From a virus, in the IMG/VR virus record IMGVR_UViG_3300033179_000004, positions 1 through 45,655 of that record: a stretch of 45,655 nt of DNA; one strand, 5' to 3'. Shown here piece after piece: positions 22,731-29,309 of the stretch (position 1 is the stretch's first letter; each line of letters opens with the position of its first letter). The notes beneath the pieces were generated by a model. It saw only the letters and a program-made list of their open reading frames with translations, searched no databases and had not been told where the DNA came from. The position numbers and the translations under genes were made by a program.

Positions 22731-22931
22731 ATGCTGATCAAGATCAACAAATGGACCGAAGGGGGCCGCTACCTGATCGCGTGCGCGCGGATCAGAGACA
22801 TCACGGTCCCCGCTCTTATCCACAAGCTGGTGGAGCGCATCGGCGACGACAAACTGGTCTTGGCGATCTTGGATGACGAAAGTCAGCAACAGCGCACCAA
22901 GCATCAGCATCGGTTCCACGAAAAGGTTTAA
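22731..22931 (+). CDS. Hypothetical protein (66 aa)
   Basis: ATG 2 nt after the upstream stop. The ORF-track N-terminal extension overlaps the SLOG gene. Confidence 0.45.
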   Translation: MLIKINKWTEGGRYLIACARIRDITVPALIHKLVERIGDDKLVLAILDDESQQQRTKHQHRFHEKV

Positions 22932-22971
22932 CCAACCCGCGCCTTTGTTGTCAGGGGCAGCGGAAACTCAA

Positions 22972-23005
22972 GGGCGCGGGCGCAAATGCCGCGCCCTTTT
23001 TATTT
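22972..23005 (+). terminator. Strong rho-independent terminator abutting the next gene's Shine-Dalgarno
   Basis: GGGCGCGG-CGCAAATG-CCGCGCCC followed by TTTTTATTT. GGAGA follows at 23007 and the ATG at 23017. Confidence 0.7.
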
Positions 23006-23016
23006 GGAGAACAGCA

Positions 23017-23433
23017 ATGGCCGTCACCTATAATGCGACCGTCAAAAATAACCGCATGAACGTGATGAACGACGCGGTTGGCGGCAAGACCTACGTCGTC
23101 GGCAGCGGCGCTGGCAGCACCGGCAAGCTGGTGATCGGCACGGCATCGCTGTCGGGTGCGACCGGCGTGCTGGCAACGCTAGTGCTGCCAAATCCCGCGT
23201 TTTCTTGCACGGGTGGCGTCGCCACGCTGCTCGGCGTTCCGATCAGTGTTGCCGCGTCCGGCGCGGGCACCCAGACCGCTGCGTTAGCGGCGATCAGAAC
23301 ATCGGCGGATGTCGATATCATCACCGGCCTGACGGTCGGCGTTGGCAGTGGCGACGTTCAACTTAACTCGACCTCGATCACCAACGGGCAGACCGTGACC
23401 GTCACCGCAGTCAGCACCATCACGCATTCATAA
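23017..23433 (+). CDS. Hypothetical Gly/Ala/Thr-rich beta-type protein (138 aa), virion-associated candidate
   Basis: The composition and the pattern ...GKLVIGTASLSGATGVLATLVLPNPAFS...TSADVDIITGLTVG resemble small phage proteins I recall as uncharacterised. Confidence 0.5.
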   Translation: MAVTYNATVKNNRMNVMNDAVGGKTYVVGSGAGSTGKLVIGTASLSGATGVLATLVLPNPAFSCTGGVATLLGVPISVAASGAGTQTAALAAIRTSADVDIITGLTVGVGSGDVQLNSTSITNGQTVTVTAVSTITHS

Positions 23434-23446
23434 AGGAGGGCGCAAC

Positions 23447-23734
23447 GTGGCGCGCGATTATATCACCATTACGCCGACCGCAACCACGGTGCAGGCCCCG
23501 CTGCTCAAGAGTTATATTTCGGCGCTGCGGCAGGCCTATAACCTTGGCGTGCAGTGCGCGGCGATCATGACACACAGCAACGACGGCACTGATTTTTCCG
23601 ACATCGAGGCGCTGTTCGGCGTCGAAGCCGGATCGGGGCAGGAAGTTTTCGACCTGGTCAACGGCTCGACCGGCGCGATGAACGGCAGCTTCCAGAACAA
23701 CGACTGCAAGACCATCACGGAGCAAGTCGGTTAA
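23447..23734 (+). CDS. Hypothetical protein (95 aa)
   Basis: GTG start 6 nt after AAGGAGGG. Confidence 0.5.
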   Translation: MARDYITITPTATTVQAPLLKSYISALRQAYNLGVQCAAIMTHSNDGTDFSDIEALFGVEAGSGQEVFDLVNGSTGAMNGSFQNNDCKTITEQVG

Positions 23735-23749
23735 GCGGAAGGCGGGGAC

Positions 23750-24415
23750 GTGGCAATCACAATCGACGGCAAAGACCACGTCGTAGGCTTTAGCGGGACC
23801 ACCCGCCTTCTAACTCTGACCACGACGCAGTCTAACGACTACATCATGGTCGCTGCGGTCACTAACAGCTTCGGCATCGCCAGCGTCGTCGGCTCGTCGC
23901 TCGGCGCGTTCACGATGATCGAGACCGCGCTGCGCGGCGGAACGTCGAGCGTTCAGGTGTGGGCAAAGTTCGCGGCGTCGCCGCTGACTTCCGAAGTGAT
24001 CACGATTACACAGAACGACGATAACTTTATGACGTGCGATGGCTGGGCCGTCAGCGGCACCGGGCAAACCAGTTTGGTTTGGACAACCAACAGTCCGCAG
24101 AAAGTTGTCAATTCATCGGCCAACGTCAGCATCACGACGACGGAAGCGGCCTCCGTGGTGTTTGGCGCGCACGCTGTGAACGACGACGGCGTTACGCAGG
24201 GTTCCGGCTTTACCCTGATCTACGGCGCGGGCTACGCGCTGACGCAATACAAGGAACTGTCCGCGCCGGGCACGACGACCATCACCACTGGTGGGACCAC
24301 GCTTCAAGCCAGTATCGCAACTGCAATCCCAATCGGCGGCGGCGGGCCGGGGCTGTCCCCGGTGGCAAAAAGTTTCATCCGAAATCAGGCGGTGCGACGC
24401 GCCGCGTATTGGTAG
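23750..24415 (+). CDS. Hypothetical beta-rich protein (221 aa)
   Basis: GTG start after GGAAGGCGGGG. Ser/Thr/Gly-rich composition. Confidence 0.5.
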   Translation: MAITIDGKDHVVGFSGTTRLLTLTTTQSNDYIMVAAVTNSFGIASVVGSSLGAFTMIETALRGGTSSVQVWAKFAASPLTSEVITITQNDDNFMTCDGWAVSGTGQTSLVWTTNSPQKVVNSSANVSITTTEAASVVFGAHAVNDDGVTQGSGFTLIYGAGYALTQYKELSAPGTTTITTGGTTLQASIATAIPIGGGGPGLSPVAKSFIRNQAVRRAAYW

Positions 24416-24426
24416 AGAGAGCGGGA

Positions 24427-24942
24427 ATGCCAGCATACCTCATTGCCAATGGCCCGATGCCAACCACGGCGGCGTTCGCTATGGTGACGACCGGAACCGC
24501 TATCAAAACCATGCTGCAAGTGGTGCCGAGTGCGACCGCCGCCGCCAAGATCATGGAGTGGGGCATCAGCTTCGACGGCTCCGCAGCGGCGACGCCGGGC
24601 AAGATCGAACTAATCGAGACCGATGTCGCGGCGACCGTGACGGCAAGCGTCGCCAACGACATCACCAAATGGGACGCGATGGCGATTGCGGGCGGCAATC
24701 CGACCACCAACCTGATCCAGGTCGGCACCACCGCGACCGGATACACCGCCACAGCGGAAGGCACCATTACGTCGGTGCGTAATCTGAGCGCGCCGCTGTT
24801 TCTGGCTCCGACGACGCAGCCCTATCAATACCAATACCCGCTAGGCCGCGAGCCGGTGGTGCAGGCAGGCAAGTTCGCGCGCATCCGCGTCACGTTCGCC
24901 GCTGCGGTCAATTGCTACTGCTACATGATCCTCGACATCTAA
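24427..24942 (+). CDS. Hypothetical protein (171 aa)
   Basis: ATG at 24427 after GAGAGAGCGGGA. The 302-aa ORF-track version overlaps the previous gene in another frame. Confidence 0.5.
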   Translation: MPAYLIANGPMPTTAAFAMVTTGTAIKTMLQVVPSATAAAKIMEWGISFDGSAAATPGKIELIETDVAATVTASVANDITKWDAMAIAGGNPTTNLIQVGTTATGYTATAEGTITSVRNLSAPLFLAPTTQPYQYQYPLGREPVVQAGKFARIRVTFAAAVNCYCYMILDI

Positions 24943-24960
24943 CCGTGGAGAGGGCGAATT

Positions 24961-27012
24961 GTGGCCCGACACGGTAGGTCTTTCCCTGGCAGGAAGCTAA
25001 GGGTCCGCCGCTTCACTGCGGGCCTCGTGCAAGGCACGCTGGCGGCGACGGAGGCGGGCGATACCGCGCTGCTTAACGGCACGGTCAGCACGACCGCCGT
25101 CACAGGCACGCTGATAGCGACGGAGACGGGCGATACCGCGCTGTTCAAGGGCAGCCCGTCAATTCCGCTTAACCCCATTTTCATCGGCGGTCATTCGCTG
25201 CTCACTAACATGCTCGCCTGCTACCTGCCCGGCGTGTACGGCGGGGTGCCGGTGTCGGGCACCGGTCCGACGCTGGCTAACGGCGCGGGCGGCGCGGGTA
25301 CGGTCGTCACGACGGTTGAAGGCCCGGCATCGCGTTCGGACACGCTTGGATCGGCAAGAGGCTTAACGGCGACAGCGCCAAGCGCCTTTAAGTCGTGGAC
25401 GAATTTCACTTTGCTGTGGCGCGGCGTGGTGATTGGCGCAGGCGACGGTTTCTGTCCGATAGTTGGCATCAGTATCGGTGACACTGACGTTTCGCCTTAC
25501 TTCATGCTCAACGTGTCTGGCAACAGTGCCAGCTACGCCAATGTAACGAGTTTTTATGGTGACGGCTCCGCTTCGGAGACGACTGGCACTTTCGACGCAT
25601 CTGGCCTGTATGGGCAAATCGTAGATTTTGTTGTTACTGCTACGGTTGGTGGCAGTGTAACGCTCTATGTAAATGGTGTGGCGGTTGGTGCCGTCGGATC
25701 GTTGTCGGCGATCTCCACATCCTCCAGCACTTCCAAGATTGTCGTCAACCAAGGCATCGATGCCACCAGCCGCTCTACGAACGCCAGCATCAATATGGCG
25801 TGCTTCTGGGATCGCGCGCTGTCATCAGGCGAAGTTCTGGGACTGCATAACGATCCCTATGCATTTCTACAGAGCGGAAGCGGAATTACTGGCACGCTCG
25901 CCGCAACTGAGGCAGCGGATGTCGCTGCTATCACCGGCTCGACAAGCTGGAACGCGACGCTAGTCGCGACTGAGGCGAGCGACACTGCCGCGCTCGCCGG
26001 GTCTGTCGGCTGGAATGCCGTTCTAGCCGCAACCGAAACCGCCGACACCGCAGCCTTGGTGGGCGCGGTGGATTGGCGCGCGGTGCTGGCGGCGACCGAA
26101 GCCGCTGACACGGCTGTCATCAATGGCGCTGTCGCTTGGACCGCAATACTCGCGGCGACCGAAACCGCCGACACCGCCAACATCAATGGCGGCATCTTTG
26201 CCACCGGCACGCTAGCCGCCATCGAAGCGGGCGACATCGCTGCCATCAGCGGCACAGTGGTCACGGCGGGCACGGTTTCGGGCGCGCTGGCGGCGACTGA
26301 GGCGGCGGACACCGCGCTGATCAATGGATCGGTTACGGGCATTGCGGGCACGTTGGTCGCCATCGAGGCTAGCGACACCGCCACCATTAATGGCAGCATC
26401 GCTTGGCAAGCGACCTTGGTGGCTACGGAGGCTGCCGACACTGCCGCCATCAACGGTTCTGTAAGCTGGCAGGCGATACTCGCCGCCATTGAGGCCGCCG
26501 ATACCGTCGCATTCAACGGGGTAGTGCGATGGATCGCGACACTGGTCGCGACGGAAGCCGCCGACACCGCTGCGATCAACGCGACTGTAGGCTGGACCGC
26601 AACGCTGGCCGCGACCGAAGCCGCAGACACTTGCATCATCAACGGCAGCGTTGCCGGTGCGGGTATCAGCGGCACCTTGGCGGCGACCGAAGCGTCCGAC
26701 ACGGCGGTCATCGTTGGGCAAGTCAACATCAGCGGCACGCTGATCGCGAGTGAAGCCAGCGACATCGCGGCCTTTGTCGGTCAGGTACTAGCCAACGTCA
26801 CCGGCACACTGGCGGCGTCCGAAGCCCAGGACAACGCGCTGATTATCGGCAGCGTGCCGTTCAACTATGTCGGCATACTGGCGGCGACCGAAGCGGCAGA
26901 CACGGCGGCCATTCGTGGCAACACAACGCCGCTCACGCCGCAGACCCGCGTCTGCCCCGGTGGCTGGGATTATGAATGGTACAACGGCAAGCCGTGGCGA
27001 CGGTGGGGTTAG
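24961..27012 (+). CDS. LamG/ConA-like lectin-fold domain protein with 18 copies of a ~21-aa (T/I/S)E-A-x-D-T repeat (fibre/adhesin candidate)
   Basis: GTG start after GGAGAGGG. Residues ~140-305 look LamG-like (LLWRG...VTLYVNGVAVG...ACFWDRALSSGEV). Repeats lie at aa 25-63 and 311-655. The C-terminal tail is Trp-rich. Confidence 0.65.
   Translation: MARHGRSFPGRKLRVRRFTAGLVQGTLAATEAGDTALLNGTVSTTAVTGTLIATETGDTALFKGSPSIPLNPIFIGGHSLLTNMLACYLPGVYGGVPVSGTGPTLANGAGGAGTVVTTVEGPASRSDTLGSARGLTATAPSAFKSWTNFTLLWRGVVIGAGDGFCPIVGISIGDTDVSPYFMLNVSGNSASYANVTSFYGDGSASETTGTFDASGLYGQIVDFVVTATVGGSVTLYVNGVAVGAVGSLSAISTSSSTSKIVVNQGIDATSRSTNASINMACFWDRALSSGEVLGLHNDPYAFLQSGSGITGTLAATEAADVAAITGSTSWNATLVATEASDTAALAGSVGWNAVLAATETADTAALVGAVDWRAVLAATEAADTAVINGAVAWTAILAATETADTANINGGIFATGTLAAIEAGDIAAISGTVVTAGTVSGALAATEAADTALINGSVTGIAGTLVAIEASDTATINGSIAWQATLVATEAADTAAINGSVSWQAILAAIEAADTVAFNGVVRWIATLVATEAADTAAINATVGWTATLAATEAADTCIINGSVAGAGISGTLAATEASDTAVIVGQVNISGTLIASEASDIAAFVGQVLANVTGTLAASEAQDNALIIGSVPFNYVGILAATEAADTAAIRGNTTPLTPQTRVCPGGWDYEWYNGKPWRRWG
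25891..26925 (+). repeat. Coding tandem repeat array, 16 units of ~63 bp (21-25 codons)
   Basis: Repeat cores TEAADV, TEASDT, TETADT and so on, counted at aa 316, 337, 358, 379, 400, 421, 446, 468, 489, 510, 531, 552, 576, 597, 620 and 643. Confidence 0.85.
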
Positions 27013-27282
27013 TTACGACGCCCTTTCCGGAAATTCCGCGCCGCCCTTACCCTGCACGATGGCGCGCTGGTAGACATCTTCGTGGCTTTGCAGGCGTTCG
27101 ATCAATTGCACGGCCTGACGCGGCGTCAGGCCGATGATGACTTGCCCGCAATCGCCACCGGGACGGCAATTGAAGGTCAATAGCACTTCGCCATTGGCGG
27201 CAAACGTGGCGACGCCCGCGAAGGCGGGTTCATCGATCAGGACGATGCCGCCGGGCAGGATCGATCCGGGTGTGGCGTTCAT
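27013..27282 (-). CDS. Hypothetical protein (89 aa)
   Basis: ATGA-coupled to the upstream gene. Its stop abuts the convergent stop at 27012 with 0 nt between them. Confidence 0.5.
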   Translation of the reverse strand: MNATPGSILPGGIVLIDEPAFAGVATFAANGEVLLTFNCRPGGDCGQVIIGLTPRQAVQLIERLQSHEDVYQRAIVQGKGGAEFPERAS

Positions 27283-27521
27283 TGTTTTTTCACCGACTGG
27301 AATGGTTCCGCGTCAGCGCCGGGGGCGAGCGCTGCATGCTGGCCCGGCAGCTTGCAAACCTGACACATCAACTGGACGCCGGGGTGGTCCCGCATCACCT
27401 TTTGGCCGGATGGATAGACGGCGACCGTGTGACCGCAGTTAGCGCATGACGCAGTGATCTGTTGCGGGTGAACTCGCTTCATATCGGCAAGTCGCATTAC
27501 GATCAGAATGGGGACGATCAT
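27279..27521 (-). CDS. Zinc-ribbon-like small protein (80 aa)
   Basis: CANCG...CQVC pairs. ATG at 27521 forms an ATGA overlap with the upstream stop. Confidence 0.45.
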   Translation of the reverse strand: MIVPILIVMRLADMKRVHPQQITASCANCGHTVAVYPSGQKVMRDHPGVQLMCQVCKLPGQHAALAPGADAEPFQSVKKQ

Positions 27522-27868
27522 TGTTTTGCTCCCGCTGCATCGGCAATCGCCTTGATTTGCAAAGCCGCTTTCTTCGCTTCGCTTAACGCCTGTTGGTGGC
27601 CGCGCTCGGCCTCCGCATAAGTGGAATAGCGCCATCGGCTGTTGTTGAGCGGCCCGCCGAAGATCATGGTCTCGAATAGGATCGGTTCGCCGTGAGCGCG
27701 CATTTGGTGATTGAGACCAAGGAACACGGTTGAGACCTGCACACCGTCAAAATTATCCTCGGCGATGCGGCGGTTATCGATCTTGCGAAACTGCTCGGCC
27801 CACGTCATCACGTCCACCGCAATCGGGGTGCGGTCCACCAGAATGTAGTAGTCAGGCCATTCGATCAT
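27518..27868 (-). CDS. Hypothetical protein (116 aa)
   Basis: MIEWPDYY...TVFLGLNH...PILFETMIFGG...RYSTYAEAERGH resembles a recurrent uncharacterised phage protein. The 309-aa ORF-track version is a low-complexity extension. Confidence 0.5.
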   Translation of the reverse strand: MIEWPDYYILVDRTPIAVDVMTWAEQFRKIDNRRIAEDNFDGVQVSTVFLGLNHQMRAHGEPILFETMIFGGPLNNSRWRYSTYAEAERGHQQALSEAKKAALQIKAIADAAGAKQ

Positions 27869-27921
27869 GAAGCGCTGTCCGATCTGTAAGGAACCCTTGA
27901 CGCCGGGGCACCGGCATTTTG

Positions 27922-28023
27922 CTACCGAAGCCCGCGAGCAACTACGGCGGCAAGCGTCGCTAAAAATACGCTCAAAGCTGCCAAAAAGCAAAACGTTCCC
28001 GGTCCGTCGCCGTTCCGTCCCAT
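27922..28023 (-). CDS. Mini-ORF, hydrophobic peptide (33 aa), speculative
   Basis: MGRNGDGPGTFCFLAALSVFLATLAAVVARGLR, with only a weak purine-rich upstream sequence. Confidence 0.15.
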   Translation of the reverse strand: MGRNGDGPGTFCFLAALSVFLATLAAVVARGLR

Positions 28024-28071
28024 CGTGATTTCTTCGTGAGCGGGTAAGGGTGACTGTCGCAAGATTAATAT

Positions 28072-28105
28072 TTGCGATGCCGATTAGGCTTGCGTAATAA
28101 TTACG
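28072..28105 (+). promoter_or_regulatory. Putative promoter TTGCGA-N17-TAATAA overlapped by the perfect palindrome O5 (28093-28105)
   Basis: CGTAATAATTACG is a perfect 6-1-6 dyad. It sits in the divergent region upstream of the packaging/structural genes. Confidence 0.4.
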
Positions 28106-28229
28106 AGCGGATACCGTGAAGCTTCCCCGCATGGCTCTTGGGATTAGTGAGAGCGTACCGGACACAGCGCGGGGAGGCCGGGCCTGATTGGTTTTAGCAG
28201 GGCAGTCAGGTCCGGTCAGAGGGGTTTTA

Positions 28230-28535
28230 ATGCTGTCGGATAAAGAACTCGAAGACATCGGCAGGCTGGCTTGCCAGCGCTGCGAACAAGCCGCCAACTC
28301 GGTGGGCCAACTTCTCGAAAATGAGCAACAGGCCTGCGAGTTGCTGATCAACGTCATGAATTCGATGATGATGTCCTGCGCCACGCTAATGTCGGAAAGC
28401 TGCCAGAAGCCCGATGGTAACCCTCCGACCAAAGAGGAATGCATCATTCATATCCTCGACATGCTTGGCCTCGCGCACGGTATCGAAAAGATGTTTGCCG
28501 ATGAAAAGAACCGAAGCAAAGGCAAGTTGCCCTAG
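28230..28535 (+). CDS. Hypothetical protein (101 aa)
   Basis: ATG at 28230 after AGAGGGG. Confidence 0.5.
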   Translation: MLSDKELEDIGRLACQRCEQAANSVGQLLENEQQACELLINVMNSMMMSCATLMSESCQKPDGNPPTKEECIIHILDMLGLAHGIEKMFADEKNRSKGKLP

Positions 28536-28767
28536 CTGCTACCGCAACGTGACCGCTGTGGTGGATCATTTCGGGGAAGAGGCCCCGATGCATCTGGACA
28601 TCGCGATCTGCAAGGCCTGCGGCGAGGCTTCGGTCTTCGACTTCACCCGGCGCAAGAACTGCCTGCGCAAGCCAACGGCCCAAGAGCGGCTTGGGATTGA
28701 GCGAAATCCGTCAGCCATCCGTTTAAGGGTGCATCAACATGAACTTCGCCACCGAAATGACCATTAG
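28501..28767 (+). CDS. Zinc-ribbon-like hypothetical protein (88 aa)
   Basis: CPSC...CKAC pairs. The start is uncertain; 28588 is an alternative. Confidence 0.35.
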   Translation: MKRTEAKASCPSCYRNVTAVVDHFGEEAPMHLDIAICKACGEASVFDFTRRKNCLRKPTAQERLGIERNPSAIRLRVHQHELRHRNDH

Positions 28768-29131
28768 ATCGGCGCTCGCGTTGTCGCGGGAAGAACTCGG
28801 CGAGCAAATCAAGGCCAAGGAACGCGCGCAGGGTTTCGCCATCGTGGAGACCGCGCGGTGGCTCGATCCGGAAGACTGGGACCGCTGGACGATTGTTTCG
28901 CAGGATCGCTTGCGCATTCGGCTGGTGGCGCTGTCGGCGCGGCTGCCCTACACCGGGGCATTCACCCGCCTGATCGACCGCATCGTCTGCGAGGAAATGG
29001 TTCCTGTCGTGGTTGAGCCGAACTTGTTTCTGCAAGTGTGGTGCCGCAAGCATCAGTTCCGGATGCGGGGCTGCGGGCGCGGCGAGTTTCGTCATGAAGT
29101 CTGGTATCCGAAGAGGTGTCGCTATGGCTGA
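28739..29131 (+). CDS. Hypothetical protein (130 aa)
   Basis: ORF lying between small genes just upstream of terL. No motif is recognised with confidence. Confidence 0.5.
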   Translation: MNFATEMTIRSALALSREELGEQIKAKERAQGFAIVETARWLDPEDWDRWTIVSQDRLRIRLVALSARLPYTGAFTRLIDRIVCEEMVPVVVEPNLFLQVWCRKHQFRMRGCGRGEFRHEVWYPKRCRYG

Positions 29132-29309
29132 TGCGCGCGACATCATCCACCTTGTCGATGGCAAGGAAATATCGGACGGCCTTTCTACCGTCTGCCTTGC
29201 GTTGATCCACATCGCATTCAGCCACGGTTTCAGCAAGGAAGATGCCCTCAGGGCGATGGCCGGGCAGTGGGATTTATACGCCAATCGCCAAAAGGAAAAG
29301 ATGAACTGA
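29124..29309 (+). CDS. Hypothetical protein (61 aa)
   Basis: AAGAGG Shine-Dalgarno. The stop is followed directly by the terL ATG. Confidence 0.45.
   Translation: MADARDIIHLVDGKEISDGLSTVCLALIHIAFSHGFSKEDALRAMAGQWDLYANRQKEKMN

Noticed and set aside
24034-24426. N-terminal 131 codons of ORF 24034..24942 (302 aa)
   Set aside because: This part overlaps gene 23750..24415 in another frame with Arg/His/Gly-rich junk composition. The ATG at 24427 has a Shine-Dalgarno and follows the upstream stop.
25857-26765. 302-aa minus-strand ORF (and the 169-aa one at 26212-26721) across the tandem repeat array
   Set aside because: These are antisense shadows of the repeat region, so the periodic Ala/Val/Ser composition merely mirrors the sense repeats. 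The sense ORF has a strong Shine-Dalgarno and a recognisable LamG-like domain.
25891-26925. Possible CRISPR array or non-coding satellite
   Set aside because: The ~63-bp units are contiguous, with no unique spacers, and imperfect. They stay in one open reading frame with a 21-aa periodicity, so this is a coding repeat.
24961-27012. Diversity-generating retroelement target (variable repeat)
   Set aside because: No reverse transcriptase gene and no template-repeat/variable-repeat pair with adenine-specific differences is visible anywhere in the genome.
27869-28447. N-terminal 193 codons of ORF 27518..28447 (309 aa)
   Set aside because: The sequence is Ser/Arg/Cys-rich and low-complexity. It crosses the operator/promoter region and the start of a plus-strand gene. 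The conserved-looking domain starts at the ATG at 27868.
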